Assembly (NCBI GenBank): GCA_041652815.1
Contig: JBAZGN010000005.1
Span: forward strand, 99,651-163,650
Direction: 5' to 3'
From: Candidatus Omnitrophota bacterium
GTDB lineage: Bacteria; Omnitrophota; Gorgyraeia; Duberdicusellales; 4484-171
Length of the DNA stretch: 64,000 nucleotides
Below are positions 29,299 through 39,753 of this stretch, piece by piece. Below the pieces are notes generated by a model. That model was not told the DNA's origin, ran no database searches, and worked only from the letters and a program-made list of their open reading frames with translations. Position 1 is the first letter of the stretch, and each line of letters starts with the position of its first letter. The position numbers and the translations under genes are program-made.

Positions 29299-29560
29299 CG
29301 GTTACGTTAAACGGTTACGTAACTCGTTACGGTTGCGTTTGACGTAAAACGTTATGGAAGATAAAAAACCTATACGAAGTTTCCATGATTTAGATGATAC
29401 AATGACAAAATCCAACGAAACAATTACTTATGACAAAATTAGTAAGCAGTGTTACAATCTAGCAATTGCCTAGGATAAATTTAACGAACGTAATCCGGGA
29501 CGCAACCGATAGACGATAGACGAAACGGGTCGCGCAACCGTTTTACGAAAAACGCAACCA
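29299..29560. repeat. Family A' composite element (GGTTACG / GGTTGCG / TTTTACGTAAAACG arms) with a ~125-bp internal segment.
   Basis: Arms are related to 34658-34785 (GGTTGCGTTTTACGTAAAACG ... CGATAGACGAAACG..GCGCAACCG). Confidence 0.6.
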
Positions 29561-29561
29561 T

Positions 29562-30599
29562 ATGAATCAAGAGAATGAACGAGTGGTCGATTATTTACAG
29601 GAGAACGAAGAGGAAAAGGTTATAAACCTCTCTCTTCGCCCGCATAGTATTTCTGATTTTATCGGGCAGAAAAATGTTATCAGTGCTTTAGAAATTGCGA
29701 TTGCCGCGGCAAAGAAAAGAGAAGAACCCCTTGAGCACGTCCTTCTTTCCGGCCCCCCCGGCCTTGGTAAAACCAGCCTTGCCTATTGTATTGCTCATGA
29801 AATGGGAAGCAAACTTACTTCAACAAGCGGCCCGGCTATTGAGCGCGCAGGCGACCTGGTCGGTATTTTAACTAACCTTGAAAAAGGAGATATTCTCTTC
29901 ATAGATGAAATCCACCGCCTTTCAAAGATTGTAGAAGAGTTTCTTTATCCTGCCATGGAAAATTTCCAGATAGATTTTGTAATTGATAAAGGCCCTTACG
30001 CAAAAAGCGTAAAATTTAACTTGAAGCCTTTTACACTTATAGGCGCAACAACAAGGAAAGGGTTGTTAAGTGCACCGCTGCGGGGCAGGTTCGGCCTTTT
30101 TTATGATTTTGATTTTTATAAAGCTTCTGATTTGTCTTTAGTTGTTGAAAGAAGCGCAAAACTTCTTGATGTAAAAATTGACAAGGAAAGCGCTCTGGAA
30201 ATTGCGTCTCGCTCCCGTGGTTCGCCGAGGCTTAGTAACCGGCTTTTAAAAAGAGTAAGAGACTATACGCAGGTAAAAGATAAAGGCGCAATCCACCTTG
30301 AAATAACCAGAGAAGCCCTTACGCATTCAAGAATTGATGAAAATGGATTTGATGATTTAGACAGAAAATACCTTCGTGCGTTAATTGAGCTCTACCAGGG
30401 TGGCCCTGTCGGCATTGAGACAATTGCAGCTTCTCTCGGCGAAGATAAGGGTACTCTTGAGGATGTGGTTGAACCTTACCTGTTAAATAAAGGCTTTATA
30501 ATCCGCTCTCCGCGTGGCAGAATCGTTACAGATGCGGCTTACAAGAATTTAAACATTTCTTCCCCTGAGAAATCTATGGAAGGAAGAGATGGCAAATAA
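29562..30599 (+). CDS. ruvB: Holliday junction branch-migration helicase RuvB.
   Basis: AAA+ Walker A GPPGLGKTSLA, Walker B FIDEIHRL, sensor motifs. Confidence 0.9.
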   Translation: MNQENERVVDYLQENEEEKVINLSLRPHSISDFIGQKNVISALEIAIAAAKKREEPLEHVLLSGPPGLGKTSLAYCIAHEMGSKLTSTSGPAIERAGDLVGILTNLEKGDILFIDEIHRLSKIVEEFLYPAMENFQIDFVIDKGPYAKSVKFNLKPFTLIGATTRKGLLSAPLRGRFGLFYDFDFYKASDLSLVVERSAKLLDVKIDKESALEIASRSRGSPRLSNRLLKRVRDYTQVKDKGAIHLEITREALTHSRIDENGFDDLDRKYLRALIELYQGGPVGIETIAASLGEDKGTLEDVVEPYLLNKGFIIRSPRGRIVTDAAYKNLNISSPEKSMEGRDGK

Positions 30600-31185
30600 T
30601 AATCAGACTGATTTCCCACCATATAAAATTTCCAAATCATTCAAATTTTTTATCACTTTATTTTCAATCATAGCTTTGCTATTTCTTGGCTATATTTTAT
30701 TTAAGACAGGTGAAAATTTGCAAGACATTATAAGTATTATTACAGGTGCAATTGGCGGGATTGTTTTAATCGTTTGGCTTGCGCTAGTGAGTATAAAGAA
30801 AATTCGTAATAAAGAAGGTCTGTCAGATAGAGAGTGTTTATATATTGATGATTTGGGGAATTCTAAAATTGTAAATATTATCAAAAAATATATATTTTCA
30901 AATATGGAAATAGGCGATGTTTTGAAATTTATAATTGTGATGGGTTATCTGTTTAAATGGATGTTTTTTGGTGTATTTACTTTTGGAACGATAATAGTAT
31001 TTTGTAGAAATGATACTTTTTTTAGCAAAATCTTGATGCTATCTTTAGGCATAATTTGGTGTCCTTGGCTTGAAAATCTTATTTTGAAAAAGCTTAATTA
31101 CAAGATTGTTTTTATTATTAAGATATTAGCCACTTTTGCTATATTTTGTGCAGGTATTATTATGATAGATAAGAAAGGAGGTTAA
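30589..31185 (+). CDS. Hypothetical polytopic membrane protein in an AT-rich segment.
   Basis: Multiple TM helices; the start overlaps the ruvB stop; local GC is clearly lower than the flanks. Confidence 0.4.
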   Translation: MANNNQTDFPPYKISKSFKFFITLFSIIALLFLGYILFKTGENLQDIISIITGAIGGIVLIVWLALVSIKKIRNKEGLSDRECLYIDDLGNSKIVNIIKKYIFSNMEIGDVLKFIIVMGYLFKWMFFGVFTFGTIIVFCRNDTFFSKILMLSLGIIWCPWLENLILKKLNYKIVFIIKILATFAIFCAGIIMIDKKGG

Positions 31186-31189
31186 GGTT

Positions 31190-31375
31190 ATGTATCAGAA
31201 TATTGGAGCCATTATTGATAAGTTAATTTTCTTTGGATGTGGTATATATTTCATAGTTTTGTCCATAAAAAATAGAGAAAAATTAGGAAATAAAGTAGCC
31301 ATGGTTAGATTCTCTGGGATACTATTGATACTCATAGGCATAGTGTTTACTATAAAGTCAATACTACAGAAATAG
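31190..31375 (+). CDS. Small 2-TM membrane protein.
   Basis: GGAGG RBS 5 nt upstream; two hydrophobic helices. Confidence 0.3.
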   Translation: MYQNIGAIIDKLIFFGCGIYFIVLSIKNREKLGNKVAMVRFSGILLILIGIVFTIKSILQK

Positions 31376-31479
31376 CTAATTTTTAACGCCTTTTCCGTTT
31401 CCCTCCACGCTCAAAAGCCAGAAAATTCTTCCAACTTTCCTAAAATTTTCAATCAGTGCAATCAGTGCTACAAATTTTA

Positions 31480-31497
31480 TAAACTTATGGTATAATT
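31480..31497 (+). promoter_or_regulatory. Putative extended -10 promoter (TGGTATAAT) for the DUF2905/tgt unit.
   Basis: TGnTATAAT match; weak -35. Confidence 0.35.
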
Positions 31498-31544
31498 TGG
31501 ACCCAGATTTTATACAGTGATATTAGGCAAAATTCGCTAAATTT

Positions 31545-32887
<1,343 letters not shown>

Positions 32888-32950
32888 GCCTTTTGTCTTT
32901 GGTCGTCTTGCCCTGAGCGTAGTCGAAGGATTATCTTTGGCCGGATTATT

Positions 32951-33652
32951 ATGATTATCGACGTAATAACTATTTTTCCAAGGATGTTTACGCCGGTTGT
33001 GGATGAATCTATCATCAAAAGGGCTAAAGATAAAGGCCTTTTAAAAATAAATTTACACGACTTAAGAAATTACACTAATGATCCGCATAAAAAAATTGAT
33101 GCCCCTGCTTATGGCGGAGGAGGCATGGTATTTAAGCCAGAGCCAGTATTTGGCGCAGTTGAACATATTCTCGGATATAAAATATATCCGAAAAAAAAGG
33201 CCGGCAAGAATAAAAAGATTATTCTTTTTAGCCCACAGGGGAAAAAATTGAACCAGCAAATTTTAAAAAAATTTCTTAACTATGAAAGGCTAATTCTTAT
33301 AGCCCCGCGTTATGAAGGGGTAGATGAACGGGTAGCCAAGCATTTGGCTGAAGAAGAGCTTTCTATAGGCGATTACATTTTAAGCGGAGCGGAACTTGCG
33401 GCAATGGTTTTTATAGATTCAATTACCAGGCTTATCCCGGGCGTTGTTTCTGATAGAAGCTCGATAGAAAACGAAAGTTTTGAGAACGGACTTCTTGATT
33501 ATCCCGCGTATACAAGGCCGGAGGATTTTCGCGGGCTGAAAGCCCCCGAAGTTTTACTTTCCGGAAACCACGATAAGATAAAAAAATGGCGTAAGGATAA
33601 AGCGTATGAGGCAACAAAAAAGAAAAGGCCTGATTTATTAAAACACAGATGA
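32951..33652 (+). CDS. trmD: tRNA (guanine37-N1)-methyltransferase.
   Basis: MIIDVITIFPRMF N-terminus and SPOUT knot motifs. The stop codon lies inside the family C element. Confidence 0.9.
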   Translation: MIIDVITIFPRMFTPVVDESIIKRAKDKGLLKINLHDLRNYTNDPHKKIDAPAYGGGGMVFKPEPVFGAVEHILGYKIYPKKKAGKNKKIILFSPQGKKLNQQILKKFLNYERLILIAPRYEGVDERVAKHLAEEELSIGDYILSGAELAAMVFIDSITRLIPGVVSDRSSIENESFENGLLDYPAYTRPEDFRGLKAPEVLLSGNHDKIKKWRKDKAYEATKKKRPDLLKHR

Positions 33653-33730
33653 TCACAGACAAGAAATCACAGATGATCGCAGATAAAATCATCTGTGATC
33701 ATCCGCTTACAAATCTGTGCTAATCTGTGT
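33644..33730. repeat. Family C palindromic element, copy 3. It overlaps the trmD stop and precedes the rplS RBS.
   Basis: CACAGATGATCACAGA ... ATCTGTGATCATC...ATCTGTG. The TGA stop of trmD is inside the first unit. Confidence 0.7.
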
Positions 33731-33747
33731 ACCCAAAGGAGGTTAAT

Positions 33748-34095
33748 ATGGATAAACTAATGATGGTCGAACAGGAACTTAAGGAAAGCCTTAAAAAAAA
33801 TTACCCGCAATTTTCAGCAGGGGACATCATCAAGGTTCACTATAAGATTAGAGAAAAAGAAAAAGAAAGAACGCAGCCGCTTGAGGGGGTTGTCATAAAG
33901 CTTCAGGGCGCGCTTCACAGGAAATCTTTTACCATACGAAGGATTGCTTACGGTGAGGCATATGAAGTAACTTTTCCTTACTATTCGCCAAATATCGAAA
34001 AAATCGAGCTTGAGAAAAAGGTCGCAAAAACACCAAGAAGAAAAAGGCTGTATTATTTACGCGAAAGAATCGGCCGGCAAGCAATGGCAGCCTAA
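33748..34095 (+). CDS. rplS: 50S ribosomal protein L19.
   Basis: L19 core (FxxGDxIxVxxxIxEGxKxRxQxFEGVVI) and conserved trmD-rplS adjacency; AGGAGG RBS. Confidence 0.85.
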   Translation: MDKLMMVEQELKESLKKNYPQFSAGDIIKVHYKIREKEKERTQPLEGVVIKLQGALHRKSFTIRRIAYGEAYEVTFPYYSPNIEKIELEKKVAKTPRRKRLYYLRERIGRQAMAA

Positions 34096-34107
34096 ACCTT
34101 TTTTAAT

Positions 34108-34662
34108 ATGATAGTAGGAATTGATGAAGCAGGCCGCGGCCCTTTGGCAGGAATTGTAAGTGCGTGCGCTCTTTATCTTAGTAAAGAGCCGCCGGAAGCT
34201 GTGCGCGATTCAAAAGAGTTAACGCCTTTTGCGCGGCAAAATCTTTTTGGTTGGCTTGTTGAAAATGCTTGTTTTTCCGTAGGTATTGCCAGTCCCCAGG
34301 AAATTGATAAACTCAATATACTTGAGGCGACAATGCTTGCGGCAAACCGGGCGATAAAAAAACTTTTAAACAAAGCGCCTTATCTTAAAAAAGCGCTTTT
34401 TATAATTGACGGCAATATCTTTCGCACCGAACTTGATATAAAATATAAGTGCATAGAAAAAGCAGATAAAACCGTAAAATCAGTTTCCTGCGCTTCAATC
34501 GTTGCGAAAGTGACCAGAGATTATCTGATGATGAATGCGCATTTTCTGTACCCTGAATGGAATTTTGCCAATCACAAAGGTTACCCGACGAAGGAGCACT
34601 ACGCGCTGATTGAAAAACACGCATTATCGCCGTTACATAGAAGGAGTTTTCGGTTAGGGTAA
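34108..34662 (+). CDS. rnhB: Ribonuclease HII.
   Basis: GIDEAGRGPLAG catalytic N-terminus; DSK; HK.GY motifs. Confidence 0.9.
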   Translation: MIVGIDEAGRGPLAGIVSACALYLSKEPPEAVRDSKELTPFARQNLFGWLVENACFSVGIASPQEIDKLNILEATMLAANRAIKKLLNKAPYLKKALFIIDGNIFRTELDIKYKCIEKADKTVKSVSCASIVAKVTRDYLMMNAHFLYPEWNFANHKGYPTKEHYALIEKHALSPLHRRSFRLG

Positions 34663-34785
34663 CGAAGCAAATTGGTTGCGTCAAGCGGTTGCGGTTACGC
34701 GACTCGTCACGGTTGCGTTTTACGTAAAACGTCTAACGATAGACGAAACGAGCAGCGCAACCGATTCACGTAAGACGCAACCATT
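34658..34785. repeat. Family A' element, copy 2.
   Basis: GGTAACGAAG...GGTTGCGTTTTACGTAAAACG...CGATAGACGAAACG...GCGCAACCG, immediately after the rnhB stop. Confidence 0.6.
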
Positions 34786-34800
34786 AATCATCCTGAATAG

Positions 34801-35166
34801 ATGCAAAAAGGTAAGTTTTACGAAGATAAAGCGGCAAATTATCTGAAACTTAAAGGCTACAGTATCCTAAAAAGAAATTTTCGTTCTCCTTTCGGAGAGA
34901 TTGATATTATCGCAACGGATGAGGGCTATATCTGTTTCATTGAAGTAAAAGCAAGAAATTATAATTATCTTGTATCCGGTAAAGAGGCAATAGATTTTAG
35001 AAAAATAGAAAAGATTAAAAAAACCGCTCTTTTTTACGCATCCGGTAATTTAGACAGGCTTTTTAGGTTCGATGTCCTGGAGATAATCCAGGGCAAGGAT
35101 TTTCGTGAATATAACCTCATAAAAGGAGCGTTTGATTGTAGCGTAGAAGCGGATAGCCGCGGATAG
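34801..35166 (+). CDS. yraN: YraN-family (UPF0102) endonuclease-like protein.
   Basis: GE.DIIA...FIEVKAR restriction-endonuclease-like core; conserved rnhB-yraN adjacency. The last ~7 codons are supplied by the family B element. Confidence 0.7.
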   Translation: MQKGKFYEDKAANYLKLKGYSILKRNFRSPFGEIDIIATDEGYICFIEVKARNYNYLVSGKEAIDFRKIEKIKKTALFYASGNLDRLFRFDVLEIIQGKDFREYNLIKGAFDCSVEADSRG

Positions 35167-35234
35167 CAACGCGGATTTACGCAAGCGAATTGTGGGCGGT
35201 TATCCGCGTCAATATCCGCGGTAATCCGCTTCTA
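35144..35234. repeat. Family B palindromic element, copy 2.
   Basis: TAGAAGCGGATAGCCGCGGAT ... ATATCCGCGGTAATCCGCTTCTA. Confidence 0.75.
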
Positions 35235-35249
35235 TAATAAAATGTAAAC

Positions 35250-35765
35250 ATGGAAAAATACAGGGATAATTTTAAAACTTATTTAAAAGATTTAGGCGCG
35301 AAAAAACCTTCCCCCGGAGGAGGCAGCGCTGCTGCGCTGTCAGCCTGTATCGGGATTTCCCTGATTGAAAAAGCCATTAATTACTCCGCTAAAGATAGAA
35401 AATTCCTTAAGGAAATAAGACTTCTTAATAGCCTTAGAAACAAAGCTTTAATCTGTGTCGATAGTGATGGGGAAATTTTTGAAAAAGTTATGCAATCGAA
35501 AGGCAAGAAGCGGCTTTTCTTTTTAAGTAAAAGCAACGCGTTGGTTGTGGATTTGGGTAATATTTGTGTCAGAGTGTCGTGCCTTGCCAAAAAAGTTGAA
35601 TCCGGCATAAAAAAGAGTATAATTAGTGATTTTTATACGGGATTAAATTTTATCCGGGTTTCCCTTAAGGCTTGTATTTATAATCTAAAAGATAACAGCA
35701 GAATTTTAGGCAAACCGGAAAGAAGCATTAATGTTTTTAAGAGGCATTTAAAGGCAGGTGTTTGA
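35250..35765 (+). CDS. Cyclodeaminase / methenyl-THF cyclohydrolase-like protein (FtcD-C / FchA family).
   Basis: PSPGGGSAAALS glycine-rich motif of the formiminotransferase-cyclodeaminase C-domain; adjacent to folD. Confidence 0.55.
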   Translation: MEKYRDNFKTYLKDLGAKKPSPGGGSAAALSACIGISLIEKAINYSAKDRKFLKEIRLLNSLRNKALICVDSDGEIFEKVMQSKGKKRLFFLSKSNALVVDLGNICVRVSCLAKKVESGIKKSIISDFYTGLNFIRVSLKACIYNLKDNSRILGKPERSINVFKRHLKAGV

Positions 35766-36739
35766 TGGCGATGATTCTGGAAGCAAAAGAAATATATGAT
35801 GTGCTTAAGGAGAGGCTAAGAGCGCGCCTCAAGAGCCTGCCTACCTTGACACTTGCTTCTTTAACTATCGGAAAAAATTATTCTTCGCAAGTTTATCGCG
35901 CCTCGCAGAAAAAGCTCGCGGAAAGCCTGGGGGTTAAATATCTATCTTTGGAATTACCGCAGAATATCAGAGTAAAAGACGCACTCGCCAAAATTCAAAG
36001 CTTCAACAAAAATAAAAAAATAACCGGAATTGTCGCCAACAAGCCTTTCCCTTCAAATTTTACCGAAGAAATAATATTTAGCACAATTGACTATAAAAAA
36101 GATATCGAGGGGATGAATCCCTATAACCTTGGGCTGCTTTTTGTCGGAGAGCCTTTGTTTATTTCTCCGACAGTATTAAGTATTCTGGAATTCATAAAAA
36201 TGTCAGGCATTGACCTTTACGGGAAACAGGTAACCATAGTCGGTTTTTCCACACTTATAGGAAAACCTTTAGCGCTTATATTGGGCAGGAAGTTAGCAAC
36301 TGTCACTATCACCCATATAGGCACTTACGAATCGGGGAAGCTGCCGTTTTATGTAAAAAATTCTGATATCGTTGTATCTGCGGTAGGCAAGCCTCACATT
36401 ATAAAGGGTGAGTGGATAAAAAAAGGCGCAGTTATTATAGATGTGGGTATCGGCAAGCTCAATAATAAAGTTGTCGGCGATATAGAATTTGAGGCAGCAA
36501 AGAAAAAAGCCGCTTTTATTACACCTGTCCCAGGCGGCGTGGGGAAACTGACTTCGCTTTTTCTTTTCAAAAACCTGATAGACGCATATTCCCTTTACCA
36601 GAATACCCTGCCCGCCTCCGGCGGGCGAGGTTGCACCCGTGGACAATCAAGGAGCGGGACGTCGCCCCACGGGGCGTATTGCAAGTCCCCACGGGCTGCC
36701 GAAGGCGTACCCATGGGGCTCCAGAAAAAATATGCTTAA
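35762..36739 (+). CDS. folD: Bifunctional methylene-THF dehydrogenase/cyclohydrolase, with a ~35-aa GC-rich C-terminal extension that reads through a repeat element.
   Basis: FolD blocks (YxxxKxK...GIVxNKPFPS, PGGVGKLT). The ORF is ~35 aa longer than typical FolD, and the tail is encoded by the GC-rich segment 36601-36730. Confidence 0.85.
   Translation: MMAMILEAKEIYDVLKERLRARLKSLPTLTLASLTIGKNYSSQVYRASQKKLAESLGVKYLSLELPQNIRVKDALAKIQSFNKNKKITGIVANKPFPSNFTEEIIFSTIDYKKDIEGMNPYNLGLLFVGEPLFISPTVLSILEFIKMSGIDLYGKQVTIVGFSTLIGKPLALILGRKLATVTITHIGTYESGKLPFYVKNSDIVVSAVGKPHIIKGEWIKKGAVIIDVGIGKLNNKVVGDIEFEAAKKKAAFITPVPGGVGKLTSLFLFKNLIDAYSLYQNTLPASGGRGCTRGQSRSGTSPHGAYCKSPRAAEGVPMGLQKKYA
36601..36730. repeat. 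GC-rich hairpin-rich element (repeated CCCCACGGG; GCCCGCC-TCC-GGCGGGC hairpin) at the folD 3' end.
   Basis: Local GC is far above the window average. Similar GC-rich hairpin patches occur at 37380-37450, 9470-9530, 22525-22560 and 61300-61400. Confidence 0.45.
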
Positions 36740-37844
36740 TAATTTAAAATTGAGCGCAATTACTGTTTTAGGGGCAGGAGAAGCCGGCCTTGAATTTATA
36801 AAAAAAACCCGCGAAAAAAATTCCGGCATAAAACTAACCCTTATCGACAAAAATGCGCATTATTTTGACAAATCCAAATTTATCCGTTCTATGGACTTAA
36901 AGGCTTACGTCGATTTGAAGGATTTTGCGCAAAAGCATAACGTTATGTTCATACAGGATACGGTTGAGCGGATAAATCCAAAACAGAAGAAAATTTATTT
37001 TAAACAGAATGAACCAATAGACTTTGAGGTGTTGGTTGTAGCCAGCGGCGTAAAATCCAAAAGCATACCTTTAAAGGGTGAGCGCAGGGAAGGTTTATTC
37101 TATCTTTCAGACATAAATCCTTTTGAGTTTAAAAGTTTGCTTAAGATATCGTCAGAATTGATAATCTATGTAACTACGTTTTTGGGGCTTGAGCTTTGTG
37201 TCTTACTTAAGTCCGCAGGTAAAGAGGTAAGGGTTTTAGGCGATAATTGGAATTTCCTGGCGAGCTACAAGGAGAGAGTTGTTAATTTCTTGAGTGAAAA
37301 ACAAATAAATGTCCATTTAAACGTTACAGTAGATGAAGTAATCGGAGAAGGCCAGGTTAAGGCAACAAAAATAAGCCCGCTTAACCCGCCTTCGCTTGCC
37401 TCGTCGCTTCCGGCGACGGGCGAAGCTTCGGCGAGGTTTCCGCTTGCTCAAAATGAAAAACAGGAACCTATAGGCATAAGTTCAAAGAGCTTCAAAGTGT
37501 TTTCTTCCCAGATGGTTTTTCTGGATACCGGGTTTTCGCCGAACCTTGACTTTTTCGAAGCGCCTATTAATATAACAAATATATTTACGGAGTTTGAAAA
37601 CATCTTTGTTGTGGGCGATTGCGGCAGAATGGATATAGGAAACGATTATTTTTACGCATATAATTCTGATGAAGCGCGCAGCCAGGCGCAGCTTCTAAGC
37701 CAGTTTATACTTGAGGCGAAAGAAGCAAGTTTTGTGCGTAAAATCTTAAGCGAGGAAGATAAACAGAAGATGATAGATGATTTTATAGCTGCAAAGGAAA
37801 ATATAAATTCGGAAAATCAAAATTTAAATAAAACCGTAAATTAA
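36732..37844 (+). CDS. FAD/NAD(P)-dependent pyridine-nucleotide-disulfide oxidoreductase family protein with an in-frame 24-aa GC-rich insertion.
   Basis: Rossmann VLGAGEAG near the N-terminus and a second dinucleotide fold (GDCG). Residues LNPPSLASSLPATGEASARFPLAQ are encoded by a GC-rich hairpin segment. Confidence 0.55.
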   Translation: MLNNLKLSAITVLGAGEAGLEFIKKTREKNSGIKLTLIDKNAHYFDKSKFIRSMDLKAYVDLKDFAQKHNVMFIQDTVERINPKQKKIYFKQNEPIDFEVLVVASGVKSKSIPLKGERREGLFYLSDINPFEFKSLLKISSELIIYVTTFLGLELCVLLKSAGKEVRVLGDNWNFLASYKERVVNFLSEKQINVHLNVTVDEVIGEGQVKATKISPLNPPSLASSLPATGEASARFPLAQNEKQEPIGISSKSFKVFSSQMVFLDTGFSPNLDFFEAPINITNIFTEFENIFVVGDCGRMDIGNDYFYAYNSDEARSQAQLLSQFILEAKEASFVRKILSEEDKQKMIDDFIAAKENINSENQNLNKTVN

Positions 37845-37855
37845 GGAGGTCTAAA

Positions 37856-39016
37856 ATGGCTGAGTGGATTGGTATAGGAAGGCGCGCAAGAAGATGTTAT
37901 GGTTTTGATGAAATCGCTCTCGCTCCTGGGCGTATTACTATAAATCCGGAAGAAGTCGATACATCATGGGAATTCTGCGGCAGGAAGTTTTCTGTCCCGA
38001 TAATGGCTGCAGCAATGGATGGCGTCGTAGACGTTGATTTTGCTGCTGCGATGTCTAAGCTTGGAGGAATAGCTGCCCTTAATTTAGACGGGGTTCAGAC
38101 CAGATACGATAACCCCAAGGAAGTGCTGAAAGATATTTCAAAGGCAACCCCGGAAGAGGCAACAAACCTTATTCAGAAAATATACACAAGCCCGATAAAA
38201 GAAAAACTTATCGGTAAGCGCGTAGAAGAAATAAAGAAAAAAGGCGGCTATGCTGCTGTAAGCTGTATACCGCAAAATGCCGCTAAGTTTGCAAAGATAG
38301 CGCAGGCTGCCGGTGCGGATTGTTTTATTGTGCAATCTACAGTTACAACCACCCAGCACGTTGCCAAGCGCTATATGCCTCTTGATTTGTATAAATTCTG
38401 CAAAGAAACAAAAATTCCCGTAATCCTCGGTAACTGCGTAACTTATAATGTAACGCTGGAGCTTCTTGAAACAGGATGCGCCGCGGTGCTGGTTGGTGTT
38501 GGTCCGGGTGCAGCTTGCACAACCAGAGGCGTTTTAGGTATTGGTGTTCCTCAGGTAACCGCAACTGTTGATTGCGCAGGCGCAAGAGATTTTTATTACC
38601 AGAAAACAGGTAAATACATACCGATAATAACTGATGGCGGAATGCGCCGCGGCGGAGACGTTTGCAAGGCTTTTGCCTGCGGAGCAGATGCAGTTATGAT
38701 AGGTTCTACTTTCGCCAGGGCCAAAGAAGCTCCAGGCAGAGGTTTTCATTGGGGCATGGCGACATCCCACGGTAATTTGCCCCGCGGAACACGTATTTCC
38801 GTTGGAATTTCCGGAAGCCTCGAGCAGATACTTTTTGGCCCGGCGCAGGTTGATGACGGCTCCCAGAATTTAATGGGCGCACTTTCAACTTCGCTGGGCT
38901 CTCTTGGTGCAAAGAATATCAAAGAAATGCATTTTGTAGAAATAATAATAGCTCCTTCCATCCAAACCGAAGGAAAATTATTTCAGGCTTCACAAAGAGT
39001 CGGTATGGGAAAATAA
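37856..39016 (+). CDS. IMP dehydrogenase/GMP reductase-family TIM-barrel protein without a CBS pair (GuaB-like).
   Basis: GFDEIALAPG...NPEEVD N-terminus like IMPDH; IMPDH-type catalytic Cys loop and phosphate-binding C-terminal blocks; adjacent to guaA. Confidence 0.6.
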   Translation: MAEWIGIGRRARRCYGFDEIALAPGRITINPEEVDTSWEFCGRKFSVPIMAAAMDGVVDVDFAAAMSKLGGIAALNLDGVQTRYDNPKEVLKDISKATPEEATNLIQKIYTSPIKEKLIGKRVEEIKKKGGYAAVSCIPQNAAKFAKIAQAAGADCFIVQSTVTTTQHVAKRYMPLDLYKFCKETKIPVILGNCVTYNVTLELLETGCAAVLVGVGPGAACTTRGVLGIGVPQVTATVDCAGARDFYYQKTGKYIPIITDGGMRRGGDVCKAFACGADAVMIGSTFARAKEAPGRGFHWGMATSHGNLPRGTRISVGISGSLEQILFGPAQVDDGSQNLMGALSTSLGSLGAKNIKEMHFVEIIIAPSIQTEGKLFQASQRVGMGK

Positions 39017-39093
39017 ATGGTCCGCGTTACAGTTTTTAAGCTGCAAATTAAAATTTTAATTAGCAGCCAATTTTTTAAAAAAGCGCAGGTGAA

Positions 39094-39723
39094 ATGATGA
39101 AAAAAAAGTTATTTTTATTTGTCTCGTTAATACTATTTACCAATGCCTATTTTTCTTACGCCGACGAGATCGAACAAAAATTCAAAACAATTGGTGAAGC
39201 AATTAAAGAAGAATTTTATAAAACAGTTAAGCCGATAGGCAGCCAATATGAAATATCCGATGAAGAGAGAGAAGATAATTATCTTCACCAAATAAAGCTG
39301 TTTAAGGAATGGCAAAAAGAACTAAAAAAATTAGTCGAAACTAAGCCTAATAGTATTTGGGCTGACGATGCACAGTATTTAATGGCTACATTAAACATCA
39401 AAGATAATAATTCGGATATTAAACAAAGATCATCGGAGCTAGAATATTTGATTGAAAAATATCCTTCTATCCATATAGAACAATGGACAAAGGATAATAT
39501 TGTTTTGGTGCGAATTCCTAAAAAAATCTCGGATGATGTATGGGTAAGGTGCGAATTAATTTTCGAGTATCAACAAATTGGCGATAATAAAAAAGCTGAA
39601 GCGCTTTACAGGAAATCACGTGATGAATTTCCGGACTACGCAGACCTTTTAGCAAGATTTTATGATTCTAAAGATATATCGAAAGCGGAAGTAGAAAAGC
39701 TTAGAAGAAAATATTTCGAATAA
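39094..39723 (+). CDS. Secreted hypothetical protein.
   Basis: Signal peptide LFLFVSLILFTNAYFSYA; no recognisable domain. Confidence 0.4.
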   Translation: MMKKKLFLFVSLILFTNAYFSYADEIEQKFKTIGEAIKEEFYKTVKPIGSQYEISDEEREDNYLHQIKLFKEWQKELKKLVETKPNSIWADDAQYLMATLNIKDNNSDIKQRSSELEYLIEKYPSIHIEQWTKDNIVLVRIPKKISDDVWVRCELIFEYQQIGDNKKAEALYRKSRDEFPDYADLLARFYDSKDISKAEVEKLRRKYFE

Positions 39724-39753
39724 TAATTAATTTCAGCCCCATCCTTAAAGAAA

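Noticed and set aside
36601-37450. Mini-intein or intron explanation for the GC-rich in-frame inserts
   Set aside because: The inserts are only 24-35 aa and lack intein blocks (no Cys/Ser at +1, no HN terminus). They are more likely small GC-rich hairpin elements.
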